DNA of 64,000 bases from Eledone cirrhosa (Eukaryota), in NCBI GenBank assembly GCA_964016885.1, contig OZ024758.1, positions 9,176,001 through 9,240,000 of the forward strand, read 5' to 3'. The notes beneath the pieces were generated by a model. It was not told the DNA's origin. It made no database searches and was given only the letters and a program-made list of their open reading frames with translations. Every line of letters begins with the position of its first letter. Position 1 is the first letter of the stretch. The position numbers and the translations under genes are program-made. Positions 49,760 through 62,280 of the stretch are shown here, one piece after another.

Positions 49760-50910
49760 TTATGGAGCAGTGGAAAACTGCCAGTGTCATTCCTCTGTTT
49801 AAAAAGGGTGACCGCACGTCGCCTGTCAACTATTGTCCAGTCAGACTTACTAGCTGCATTGCCAAACTGATGGAATCCTGTGTCAGAGAAACACTTTGGA
49901 ACTTCTGAAATTCTCACAGTCTTATCTGGCCCTCGCAATTTGGATTTTTCCTTGAAGACATCACCCGGATCACTGATGGCAGCTCATGGGTTGATGTTGT
50001 TTACTTTGCAAAAGCTTTCAATTCTGTGCCTCACAAAAGACTTATGGCAAAACTCTCTGCAATGGGTGTGAGAGATGATCTTTTTAACTGGTTGAAGTCT
50101 TTCATTCTCCGTCGAAGAGAGGTAGTCACGGTTCTAGGACAGCATTCCTTACCATATGAGATGTCATCTGGTGTACCACAGGGATCTGTTCTTGGTCCCC
50201 TTTTGTTTGTGGCATATATTAATGACATAGGTGCCAACTTAAAGAATGCCACAGTACTGAAATATGCAGAAGACATCAAGCTGTACCTTGAGATAAAAAG
50301 GACAGATCCTGAACACTATAGATCTTTCCTGCAATCAGACCTGGACACAATGCAGCAATGGATCACGGACTGGCAACTCAAGTTGGTTGTAGACAAGTGT
50401 ACCACCAATAATTTTTTTAGGAAAAACCCAGTGTCCATATACTCCCTCCCCAACACTAATATCAAGAAGTCTTCTTGTGAATGTGACCTGGGCATTACTG
50501 TCAGCAGCAATTTGCATTGGACGAAGCACATCTCTAAAATTGTCAAGAAGGCCGAAGGTGTCTTAGCATCACTCAGCAAGGCATTTGTCAGCCATTCTCC
50601 AGCTATCTATTTAAAGTAGTATATAGCTATGGTGCAACCACACTTAGAATTTGCATCACCAGCCTGGAACCCTTATCTTGCTCAGAACATTGATCTCCTG
50701 GAAACTGTTCAGAGACGTTCAGCCAAGCGAATACCCTCCATCAGGCATCTACCATACTCTGAACACCTTGCTTCCCTGGGCATGGATACACTGAAGCTCC
50801 AACGTCTAGGCAACTGCCTTGGTAAATACCCACAAAATTATTAACCATCTTGCTAACAACAACCCTGAGCAACTTTTTGATTTCCATGTGTCTAACACAC
50901 GTGGGCATGC
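49760..50910 (+). mobile_element. CR1/L2-like LINE RT fragment
   Basis: VPHKRLMAKL, SGVPQGSVLGPLLFVAYIND, YAEDIKL, DLGITVSSNLHWTKHI, VQPHLEFASPAWNPY, LETVQRR; stop at 50617. Confidence 0.92.
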
Positions 50911-51254
50911 CAATATTATAGTTACATACATTAATGTTCCAAACTATACCAGATAAATTCTATTGTGGCCTGTCAGTAGCATAGTTCACATAATCAAATA
51001 GGACTCGGAAGTATCCTGGAGTAGTGAAATTGGATATTAGACATGGGTTCTGTAAGCCATGGGGAAGGCTGCCCATCTAAGAGAGCAGTCACACCAAATA
51101 AATAAGAGTGCACAGGGTAGACATAGGCTCCATGGGTTATAGCAAAGGCAACTTGTTTAAGAGAACAGACATGTTGATAAAAACTGATATGGGGTAGAAA
51201 GGATCCTTAAGTTCCCTTTGATAGCAGGGAAAATGGATATTAAAGGATATTAAA

Positions 51255-51357
51255 TGGTGGTGATGATGATGATGATGGTGGAGGTAGTAATGGTGGTGGT
51301 GGTGGTGGTGGTGGTGGTGAGGGTGATGATGATGAGGATGATGATGGTGATGATGAG
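51255..51357. repeat. (GGT/GAT)n microsatellite
   Basis: Direct reading. Confidence 0.9.
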
Positions 51358-51939
51358 TAGAGGTTGAATATAAATTTTGAGTCAATAAGCCAACCTCCTC
51401 CCCAGTTGCAAAGAAGTGAAAACCTAAGGTATATCTACATGTTGTGATGTCTACATCTATCTCCAATGTGCAGCTTTCTCTATCTTCGTAGTCTTATTAG
51501 ATATGCTAGCAATGAACAGTTTGCCCTTCAGTTGCTTATTATCCCAGACATATTTCTCATTTAGTAATCTTTCATAATGACTCTTACATGCCTCATTTTT
51601 TTAAGTGTGTCAGTATGAAACGTTTTGCCTTGCTATTTGGAATACCACACACTCCTCATTCTCAACAAATAGAGGATTAGGAAGATTCCACCATTTAGCT
51701 TCTTTTTTTAGCTAAATAAATAATTTAAATAATGTCCAGAGTGAATACAGTTATGTTTAATGTGTTCAATGCTGAGAAAGAAAGATTTTTTGTTAAGTAA
51801 GAAAATGAGGGATACAGTAAAGATAATATTTTAGGGAAATTAACAAAGGAGATTTTAAATTAAAGGAGTTGGCATCTGTAGTAGAAGTAGTAGTAGTAGT
51901 AGCAACAGCAGTTGTAGTAGTAGTAGTAGTTGTTGTTCG

Positions 51940-52435
51940 TCTTCTTCTTCTCACACTTATTCCTGAGAGGGTCATGGAGCAGAGTCCTCAAACGCTCCTT
52001 CCATTGGGTCCTGTCAGACGCAACCGTCTCCAATTGATCTGGCTGGATCTCCAAGTGAGACCAGCCGAGCTCATGGTTGTTATCCAGCCATCTTGCTTTG
52101 GGTCTACCCATAAAATCTGTCCAGTGATTCTTTCCTGAGATATTCTAACAGCATGCCTGTAATATCAATTTGGAGAAGTAACGGCTCTACTTGAATTGAC
52201 TCTCTGATCGCCAAGCTACACATTCTACTGAGTAATGTTACTTCAAAGACCCTTCAGGGTAACCTCATTTTGGTCGCTTGCATTTGTGATTGTATTCTGT
52301 TGGTTATAACCCAAGATTCATGACCATAGGCAAGGGTTGGCATGAATACTGAATTGAAGATAGTGAGTTTGGTTTTTACACCTACCTCCCTTCTGATGAC
52401 CAAATGCTGAAGCTGGCGCATTACTGAACCAATTC
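51940..52435 (-). mobile_element. RTE LINE 3' fragment (same family as 2148-2839), uninverted
   Basis: SVMRQLQHLVIRREVGVKTKL...MPTLAYGHESWV...GRPKARWLD...DRTQWK; abuts (TAG/TTG)n at 51878-51940. Confidence 0.88.
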
Positions 52436-54240
52436 CTGAAATTTTTGTTGTTGCAATAAAATTTACATTGTGATGCGATGCATATGTCAGGATTCTTCTT
52501 TCTTCTTTAGTTCCTTTTGCTTCCTATGGAGCATCGGGCAATGATAAGTCTCCATTGTGTATAGTTAAAAGGCCTGCTCCCAGGTCAGGCTCATATCTGC
52601 TAGAACTTCCTTCACAGATGTCAACCAAGTCATGATGAGTCTGCCTTCAGTCATGGGTATTAGGGTATGTAAAAGTTGTTGTACAGAAACTCTCAGGAGA
52701 GCTTGACAGCAGAAGGTCTTCAGAGTAGACCCCCCCCCCCCTCATCCTCAAGCAAATGTTTCAGGTTTTTAACTTCAGGAGGATGTAGATGTTTAAAAGA
52801 CATGCTGGGATGTTTGGCTTTCAATAAAAAAGAGAGGGTTATAAGTTAAAGATAGATCAATAAAATTTTTATCTAATATTATTTTACAACCATATTTAAC
52901 ACTTTTAGTGTTTTTATTAAGAAGTAAAAATAAAGATAAAGCCAAACAAATGATAAATTCTCTTACTGCTTGCCATAAGGAATCCAGTGGTTTTCATAGT
53001 CTTGTTGTTTACAATAGTTATAAATGTGTATGTTGTACATCTGTTGGTTCTGATGTCTACTGCTCCAGTTGTTTTGATCAACAGAACAGCCTGCTTGTGA
53101 AATTAATGTGCAAGTGATTGAACATTGCACAGATATGTGTACTCTTAACATAGTTCTCAAGGAGATTCAGTGTGAACATCATAACCATGTGTCTTCACAA
53201 TAGTTATAAATAAGGGAAAGAAAACACTATTAAACTATACAACAGTCCTTAGCAATATAAATTTTGGTCTCTGCTGTAAACCTTTGTTCCCTAGTATCTT
53301 CTTGTGATTAGAATGTCAGATGGAATGCTTTGTGGTATTCATTTGGGCTTTCAGTACATTGAGTTCAAAACTTGTTAAGATCAACTTTGCTTTTCATCCA
53401 TTCAAAGTTAATAAGAAACCATCAGTCCAGTATTGGGGTCAATTCTTCTTCTTTATCTGTTGCTTACTTTCCTTCTCTCTTCCCTGGAAGAAACCAGCTG
53501 TGATCAGACCTGGAGAGGAGATTGGTTCCCCCAGATTTAAAATCTCCAAAACACACTGTACATCACTACAAGACCCCTATGATTCCAACAGGAGTTATGA
53601 GTCCACATAGACATGTATCTTCTAGTGAGACATCAGTATTCTATGAAAAGTAGGAAGTATAGAGAGCATTTACTAAGTATTGTCAGGGTCATTTAGCTGA
53701 GTATACTCTATAAACTCTCTGAACTGATAGCGCATACTGTAGTAAAGATAACCAAAACTCTGTTGGTTTAATCACAATGGAAAAATTAGGCTTATAAGTT
53801 GTTTGACCAGATGGCTTCTTTTCACATAAGAGAAATATTCTCATGACATTCCTTAAGAAGCTAGATCTTTGTGAAAACATGATTTTATCAGCTTTTCATT
53901 AACTTTGAGAGGAGTGGCAATATTTTAGTAGATAAAGTGTTAGCTTTATACAGCTGAAACAGTATGAGTTCATATCCCATCATTGTCATAAATTTTCTTT
54001 GTATCGAGATAGCTAAGTGAATCAACTTTATCTACCTTTTATGGATTGGCAGTATCAGTAGAGCATGAGATTCGACTTTCCCCTCCATCAAAATTATTGC
54101 CTATATAAAGAAATATTATATTGTTCATCAAACTTTTCATTTAGTAGTGTTCATACAGTTTTTTTTTTTTCTGTGGGTGGGTATTGAGAATTAATATATC
54201 GACTGCTGAGTCAGAAATACATTGATTATATTGAAAAAAG

Positions 54241-54418
54241 AGCGTTGGATTGGCAGTACTGGTAGAGGGTTGAACGCCATGCTTTCCAGCATAGAGTTAC
54301 GGCCCTTTACGGTTTGAGTTCAAATCTCGCTGGGGTTAACTTTCATCCTTACGGGGTCGATAAAATAAAACACGAGTGTACTGGGATAATTGCTGGCCTT
54401 GTGCCAAAAGTAGAAACA
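54241..54418 (+). mobile_element. tRNA-derived SINE (family B) with TSD
   Basis: A/B boxes; ATTATATTGAAAAAA repeated on both sides. Confidence 0.9.
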
Positions 54419-55055
54419 ATTATATTGAAAAAACCCACAAAAAACAAAACATATTCGCTCATGTGTCGTATTCCTTAGTTATTTTAAAGATAAGTTGTTA
54501 CATAAAACAACGAGGCTTTTAAATGAAGTAAAATAGGTACAAATCCTACTTCAGTGTGAAGTAAATAACATCATGTTGGATAGTCAAATATCAGAATCTC
54601 CATAAATATGCAACCCATGCTATTATAGAGAAGTGGATTTAAAAAATATTAACTTAACCACCCTCCTTAGAAATATGTTGATATATTGACCTTACAATGA
54701 AACCACTACATGGACGCTTGACCGGCTAGAAATAACAGCCAAATTCCCTTCAACTCACACCTTAGCATTTTGAAAAAAAAAGGAATGACATACAGCAGAA
54801 GGTGTTCCCCAAAACATTGTCTGATAATAAAATAGGATAATCATGGTTGGAATGCTTTAACCATAAAATTGCTTCATTCTAGCTGATCTGAGACTAAAGC
54901 AATTATATACATAGGATTGTATGAAGCTGGTCTTATTTCAGATATGAACTACTTGAAACAATGCAATGTCTAAGTGTCAAATTCTGTTATGCTACATACA
55001 CAATAAACGAAACATCCTGTTAGAATAGTAAAACATATTAGCTTTTACTATCTTG

Positions 55056-55238
55056 TGGATTGGCAGTATCGGTAGAGGGTCGGACGCCATGCTTTCCAGC
55101 ATAGTTACGTCCCTTTACGGTCTGAGTTCAAATCCCGCCGAGGTTGACTTTGCCTTTCATCCTTACGGGGTCGATAAAATAAAGTACCAGTAATGCACTG
55201 GGTAATTGCTGGCCCTGTGCCTAAAGTAGAAACAATTA
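55056..55238 (+). mobile_element. tRNA-derived SINE (family B)
   Basis: Near-identical to 37621-37803. Confidence 0.92.
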
Positions 55239-55342
55239 TGTTATAGTGTAAGTGAGGGCAGTTGTAATCACGAAGTTGACTGTGCAGTCGAATTCCCTGC
55301 AAAACTACTGTCTAGGAAAAGGCTGTTTTTGTCTTGTCATAA

Positions 55343-55462
55343 CCTGGTAAGGATGAAAGGCAAAGTTAACATCGACGGGATTTGAACTCAGACCGTAAAG
55401 GGACGTAACTATGCTGGAAAGCAGGCGTCCGACCCTCTACCGATACTGCCAATTAACCGCCC
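55343..55462 (-). mobile_element. 3'-truncated SINE (family B) with TSD
   Basis: Head only; 14-bp TSD TTGTCTTGTCATAA at 55329-55342 and 55463-55476. Confidence 0.88.
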
Positions 55463-55966
55463 TTGTCTTGTCATAATGGTGAATATCTTTATCTCCCGAG
55501 AAAGCCCACGACAGAAAGGCACTACATCTTAAAAAGAAAGCAAAGGAGAACACTTCATCCATTCAAGGTCGATAAAAAAAGTACCAGTCAAGTAGTGGGT
55601 CGATTCTTCCTCTATAACTTCCCCTTTCTCACTTACATTCTCTGGAAAAAATCTGCTGTATTCAGACCTGGAGAAGATTGGGCTCTGCCAGGTTTTAAAA
55701 TGCCCGAGAAACTCTGTATGTCACTACGGTGTCCCTACGACACTATCGTGAGTTACTGGACCATACCATACATTTAATACTGTTTAAATTAACTCTGATT
55801 AAATAAGATTTTAGACGTGAAAGGCTGCTGTATCATTTTCAGTGCTTTGGTAAGTTAGCGGTGCTTTCTATAATTCCATTCTCATGACTATACATAAATT
55901 GGGTAAAATTATAGATGAACACCCCTCTCCAAGCCACAATACACCACACCACACCCCTCCAAGCCA

Positions 55967-56845
55967 CGGGTAAAATTATAGATGAACACCCCTCTCGATT
56001 TCAGTGGAAAATAAGTATTTTTTCTTGCTTTTTTTCGTTTCGTGTGCTATCTACTATCCGCAAAGGACCCCCCCCCCCCCCCGGAAAACGGGGCTGGGTG
56101 GGGTGGTGGTGAATGGAGGTAGGGACCCTCGGATTCCCCGTCCCTCCACTCATGTGTTATCAACGAATCTGACCGGAACGACTGGCTTTGAAGAAAAAGG
56201 AGGGAGAAAGAGGAAAAGAACCTCGGAGTTTCGAAGATCTACACCCTCTCGCGTTTGGTGGGAAATAGTTTTTTCATGTTTATTTTTCACGTGTTATCAA
56301 CGAATCTAACCTTAACCCCTAAGGGCCTTTTTTCAGCGGGGTACCAGGAGACATGCCCCCCCCCTTTTTTTTTCAAACTTTTATGTTTTATTTATTTGAT
56401 ATAATAAATTCTTTTTAAGCTTATTCTTTTATATCTGAACTTCATTTGAATTTATAAAATTTAATTAGCGTAAAATTTTACTTATGTGATAGGGTCCGGG
56501 AAACGCAACATAAGCAATACTAACATGCTCCTTTAAGAATCAACAAATCACATTTTTAGGGTAAACGAGGCCCCTTCTAACCCCTAAACTTAACCCTATA
56601 CCCAAATCTAATTGTAACTCTAACCGCTTCCAACATTTACCATGAGGTACGGTTAAATAAAAAACGAATAATATAATATACGAAAAGAAAAAAATGATAA
56701 AGAAAACTCCGTGAGGGAGGGGGGGGGGGTCCGTTTTCCGGTGGAAAAAGTCTTTTGTTCAGAGCTCAGATTAGTACATAAAAAAAAAAGAGAGAAAAAA
56801 AATGATGTCACCACTGAAATCGAGAAGGGATGTTCTATAATACCG
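55967..56845. mobile_element. non-autonomous TIR element with internal CCCTAA-like repeats
   Basis: Imperfect TIRs ATTATAGATGAACACCCCTCTCGATTTCAGTGG / CCACTGAAATCGAGAAGGGATGTTCTATAAT; the left end is tandemly duplicated at 55901-55929. Confidence 0.65.
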
Positions 56846-58699
56846 TAATTTGTAATTTTATTTTATTTTTACTAATTCGTCAGTTTTTATTTATTCCATT
56901 TTATACATATAAACCCAATTTATATATGTATAATAAATATGAAATATTGAAAAGAAACAAATCAATAGAAATCAATCAAAAAAAAAGAAAGTAGCATTGT
57001 AAAAGACTATAAATGGGGTAGGGGTGGGGGTAAGGGTTATTAAGCAACGGAAGAAAGGGGGAAGGGAATGAGATGACAGACGTTCCCGTTTCTTGAATGG
57101 TACTTCACTCTATCCAACTAGAAGAATAAAAGGGTAAAGTTAACTTTGGTAAGATTTGAACTCAGAACAAACAGTCATAACTAAATACCACAAGTCATTT
57201 TGTCCGACGTTCTCACGATTCTACCAATCCATGACCATGACTACTGCCGTAACACTACAATGACTTGACGTAATTTTTAAGGAGTGGAAATCATCAGATT
57301 AATTACCATCGTTTAGTTTGTTTGATAGGACTGTTCGTTCCTATTCAGTTTTCTCAAGCATTGCATTTATCTGATTCACTTAGTCGCTCGGTTGCTGAAA
57401 TAAGTGGAGAAGGGCGAGAGACTTGTCATGTTTGACGCCGACAGCTATCTAGCTTCATAAAATTTAAGTTGATTTCCAAAACGATTTATGCAGCAGTTTC
57501 TAGAGTTGAATTAGTAAAACAGTAAATATTTTGTTGTAATTTACACCTTATATACAGGCAGTGTGCATCGTTGAAAACACAAGGTACTTAAGAATAGATT
57601 TAAAGTAAAATATGTGGGTACATGCCTCACTGGATGTGTAAATGACAAAAGTGTACTGAGGGAAAAATTGAGTATAAAAGGAATTGATGAATATAGAAAT
57701 GTTTGAGTTTGTATGTGTGGAAATGTGATATGTAAGGAGTGTGAAAGTACCAAGCGCTTGAAGTGAATGAAATCTGTGTGAAAGGAAGACCGAAGAAGAC
57801 ACTGGGTGAAGTTGCGAAACAGAGGAATTATAGAATATTAATAAATGTCTGAGTAAAGTTTGTTTGTGTAGATAAGTGAACAAACAAAAATAAAACAGTT
57901 AAGATTGCTTACCAAAGTATTTTTCTCAACATGGTTCTTGTAGGTGTCAGTAATAATCCAACAAGAGGGATCAGATTATAGTCTCCAGGTGGAAGATATT
58001 GGAGTAATAATATTTTCAAAAGTAGAAGAAAAACAACCACTAGGCGTGAAGTATAGAAAAAAGTGAAGAATTTTATCAAAAGTTCATTCTCTAACATATG
58101 TTTCAATACAATATAAGTCTACATAGTGCTGGTTTTATATTGATATAATTATTATGCCCATTCACTAGCAATACATTAAGTATTGCATTTCTTCAGAAAG
58201 ATTTCAAAGTACGAAGTAAGTTTGTCACATCTTGCAGTAAAGATATTTCTACTGCTATCCACTCTGAATAAAAGGCAACTGGACTAAGAGGAGAGGTAGA
58301 AAAGATATATATAATTTTGTCAAATTGTTAAGTGTCACTCTTCGAGAACACCTGATGCGGTTTTTAAAATGACACTGGATTTTATTTAAATTTGAGGTGT
58401 TTGTGTCAAGTCAGTGTTTCTTATTTCTCCTTATTCATTGATAATCTCTGGACTAAATATAATAATAATACTTAAAATCATAACTGTATCATATATTTCC
58501 ACACAGGAGGCCACAAAATTAAGTTACATACCTTTTGTGGTAGACATGGGCACCATATGCTGCAAGTAAGGAAACCCGACTAGAAGAACATTCACTCCAA
58601 ATAAATAGGATTGCATGTGGAGTGGACAAGGACTCTGTGACCCATAGAGAAGGCAGCCCAGCTCGGAGAGCAGTCACACTGAATAAATAAGACTGCATG

Positions 58700-59100
58700 G
58701 GGTAGACATGAGCTCTATAAGCCATAGAGATGGCAGCATGATATTAAAGCTCTAGTGCTGGTGGCTTGATGAAATGCACATAGTTTATGTTGTAAACTGG
58801 TTGGTGATGGATAGACAAAATAATTGAGGTAGTTAGAATAAAAGATAGAATTATCAAGCTCAGAATAGCCATAGGTGATAGAATGACAGCAGTTATCTTT
58901 ACAAATGCACCACAATCAGGGCTAAATAAAGAACAAAAAACTGATTCTGAGGGCCTCTTAGAGACAAATTTAATAGATAGAGGGGCCTTATCATTCTGGT
59001 GGGTAACTTCAATGGGTACATTGGGCAGCACCAAGATGGCTATAGTGAGGTACATGGTGATTATGGATATAGTACAAGAAATGAAGAAGGATCAAGTCTC
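58700..59100 (+). mobile_element. degenerate RTE APE endonuclease fragment
   Basis: DRIIKLRIAIG...NAPQSGL...NFNGYIGQHQDGYSEVHGDYGYSTRNEEG. Confidence 0.75.
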
Positions 59101-59557
59101 CTAGAATATACATACATTATCATCATCATCATCATCACCATTTAACATCCATTTTTACATGCTAGCAAGATTTAGATAACTTGTCCCGTTGTGAGACAAT
59201 TCCAATCAGATAACTGTGTCTTGCTAATACAGAACGTTTCTAATGCCAATCACACATTGTAAACTGGGTGCTTTTTATCGTAGAAGCAAAATGACCACTT
59301 TACAGTGTGGACTGGGCGCTTTTTGTAGTGTCACCAAACAATCACTTTTCAATTTACCATCTAAATTAAGGAACTAAATCAAATAGCATTTACAAAGTGC
59401 TGAGGAAATAGATTTATAAAATGCAAGATGCTCAAGTGTCTCTAATAATGGTAATAATTGTTTCTACATTTAGCACAAGGCCAGCAATTTGAAGGAAAGG
59501 GAAAAGTTGATTAAATCGACCCCAGTGCATTACTGGTGCTTTATTTTATCAAGCCTC

Positions 59558-59592
<35 letters not shown>

Positions 59593-59707
59593 TTATATTT
59601 AATTTGTTGGGATACAAGCAAATATTTTTATAACTGATATAAAGCACTCAACACATTTTTGGAGTAAAAATACAATATATTAATAAATGGAAACTATATT
59701 TATAAAA

Positions 59708-59787
59708 CCATATTTATTTCATTATACATATTTCAAGGACACCAAAGCAAATTATGGTGCGCTTTCATCAGATAAAATATAATATAG
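59708..59787 (-). ncRNA. minimal type I hammerhead ribozyme
   Basis: Reverse complement of the 59899-59978 motif (TCATCAG at 59765-59771); left arm of the palindrome 59671-60015. Confidence 0.82.
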
Positions 59788-59898
59788 ATCAGTTTTATAA
59801 ACAAATATTGACATAATACCCTTAAAAGAATGCGACCATGTCTGTTGGAAGCTCCGGATTCTTTTAAGGGTATGTCAATATTTGTTTATAAAACTGAT

Positions 59899-59978
59899 CT
59901 ATATTATATTTTATCTGATGAAAGCGTACCATAATTTGCTTTGGTGTCCTTGAAATATGTATAATGAAATAAATATGG
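59899..59978 (+). ncRNA. minimal type I hammerhead ribozyme
   Basis: 15-bp stem I with one bulge, CUGAUGA at 59915, stem II AAG..UACCA/UGGUG..CUU, GAAA at 59952, self-complementary stem III AUAUGUAU; predicted cut after A59963. Confidence 0.82.
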
Positions 59979-60490
59979 TTTTATAAATATAGTTTCCATT
60001 TATTAATATATTGTATATATATATATATATATATATAAGAAAATAAGTTTTTTCTTATATCCTGCACAGGTAAAAATATAGGAAAAAGAAGTTGAAAATG
60101 CAATTGGAGTCTTTAAGAAGATTTATTTACAATAACTTTACTGGTTTCGTAGTTTTATGATTTTAAAAAGTCTGAGATGGAGAGATGTGTGACTATGGAA
60201 TGATGTGTCTTGCATTGGAGAGGTTGGGGAATTTCTTTCTGGTTTATACCAAAAACGTGATTCAGATTGCTATCTGTTTAAAGTACAATTTGGTTGGTTG
60301 TGGATGCTCCGTGATAAGGAATTAAATTTTGTTATAATTTTTACACCAAAAATTAGGAGTGCCATGGTTTAGTGACCATGGCTAGTAACAATCCCAACAT
60401 ATCAAATGTAGAGTAATTTTATTTGTGTGTGTGTGTAGAAATAGTTGTTTTTGTTTCCTCCTATGTTTGAATATGACGAGTAAAAATAAT

Positions 60491-61030
60491 TATTTCTACA
60501 TTAGGCACAAGGCCAGCAATTATTCCAGTGTATTACTGGTACTTTATTTTATCGACCCCGTAAGGATGAAAGGTAAAGTTAACCTCGGCGGGATTTCAAC
60601 TCAGAATGGCAAGGGCCGTAACTCTATGCGTCAAAGCATGGCGTCCGACCCTCTACCAATACTACCAATCCACCGCCCTGACGAGTAAAAATAATAATAA
60701 TGATTTCTACTATAGGCACAAGGCCAGTAATTTTTTTTTTTTGGGGGGGGCGAGTGGATTACATTGACCCCAGTACATTACCGGTACTTTATTTTATCGA
60801 CCCCATAAGGATGAAAAACAAAGTTAACTCAGACCGTAAAGGGCCGTACACTATGCTCCAAAGCATGGTGTCTGATGCTCTGCTGACACTGCCAATCCAA
60901 TAATGGTGTCTGATTTAGGCACAAGGCCAATAATTTTGGCAGCAGGGGAAAGTCGATTAAATTGACTTCAGTGTATTACTGGTACTTTATCGACCCCTGT
61001 ATGGATGATAGGCAAAGTGAACCTCGGCAG
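60491..61030 (-). mobile_element. cluster of three family B SINEs
   Basis: 60491-60678 with 17-bp TSD TGACGAGTAAAAATAAT (60474-60490, 60679-60695); further copies at about 60700-60900 and 60905-61030. Confidence 0.88.
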
Positions 61031-61459
61031 GATGGAGACTGGAAACAATGATCAAACTCTGTGGAAGGAGTTGTATATGATGGGAAAGTACATTTTGGAA
61101 TAGCCCAAAGAAATATAGAAAGGTTAAAAAGGGATGTAAAAAAGGGCTTGAAAGTGATATTGCCAGGATGTGTGGGAAAGCAAGGAGAGCTGACAGGTAA
61201 TGAGTGTGGGAGAGCTTGTCTCCACATAGCAGGATTAAAGCGTCACAAAAGGAGCCATGTAAAAAGGGCTGATCCAGATTACATTGGTAAAGTCAATCAA
61301 TCAGCAGGAGGACTGAGGCGGCACATGAAAGTATTTGACAATCAGCAATTGATTCTTGTTGCCAAAAGCCATGTCTGTAACATCTATGCCAGGGAATGGA
61401 GGATTCTTTCTGGCCTAAAAAATCACATCTGTGCTATACACATGCAGAAGCATGTTTGA
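61030..61459 (+). mobile_element. LINE (RTE/BovB-like) C-terminus with degenerate C2H2 fingers
   Basis: ECGRACLHIAGLKRHKRSH, SAGGLRRHMKV, HVCNIY...SGLKNH follow a degenerate RT C-terminal tail; no TGEKP linkers. Confidence 0.55.
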
Positions 61460-61629
61460 AAATTTAACCCTTTAGCATTCACATTACTCTATATATACTA
61501 TTATATTTTCATGGTAATAAGAGTCCAATGGTCATTGGGCATTTTGACCCTCAACCGTAACACCCTCTTGCTGGTGGGTCAGCAGTGGTGGCCAAATTAC
61601 TGCCCATTTTCACCTCCTGACTTCCAGCT

Positions 61630-62010
61630 TATCTCCTCTCTCCTGCTTCAAAGCCAAAAAGACGCCCTTTCTGCTCCTTCCTCCATTCTGTAAACTGTAT
61701 TCTTCTCTCTTCCAGTCATTCAATGGCAGTGAACATCTCCATACTGAGTGAGCTGGGAACCTCCTGCAGCCCACCTCGACTGGAAATAGCCATGACTGCC
61801 AAACTTTCTCCCAAAATTCCAGCACAAGTTCTTGATATTTAGCACTCTTTGACTCTAAGGCGTTGCTGCACTCTTCTTCCAATTGGACTGTGAGTTCAAT
61901 TAGAACCAACTTTGTTATCCTTTCAGACGAAAGTACTACATCTGGCCCCAGGGATGTTTGAACAACCTGGGGGTAATTGCAACCTACCTCCCAGATCAAC
62001 CCATGATTGG
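61630..62010 (-). mobile_element. Hero-like restriction-endonuclease non-LTR retrotransposon fragment
   Basis: TSLGPDVVLSS...LVLIELTVQLEE...KSAKYQEL...WQSWLFPVEVGCRRFPAHSVW...AERASFWL. Confidence 0.8.
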
Positions 62011-62242
62011 GCCATATATATGTATACATACACACATATCTATCTATATATATACATGTATATACACACACACACATCTATCTATATATTATATGTATGT
62101 ATACATGTGTGTGTGTGTGTATTATACATATATATGCATTGTTTCTGTAGAGTAACAGAGTATAAACACGAGTTGGTGGTGAAAAAGAAATTGATAAAAG
62201 CGAAAATAATTGTTATATAGTCAAAGGGTTGGTAGATACTGT

Positions 62243-62244
<2 letters not shown>

Positions 62245-62278
<34 letters not shown>
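62245..62278. repeat. (GA)n microsatellite
   Basis: Direct reading. Confidence 0.95.

Positions 62279-62280
<2 letters not shown>

Noticed and set aside
60125-60180. Minus-strand CGAAACCAGTA resembling a hammerhead 3' half
   Set aside because: The CUGAnGA half is unrecognisable; possibly a very old copy, but not supportable.
61061-61459. Host C2H2 zinc-finger gene
   Set aside because: Fingers are degenerate, lack TGEKP linkers and follow a LINE-like C-terminal segment.
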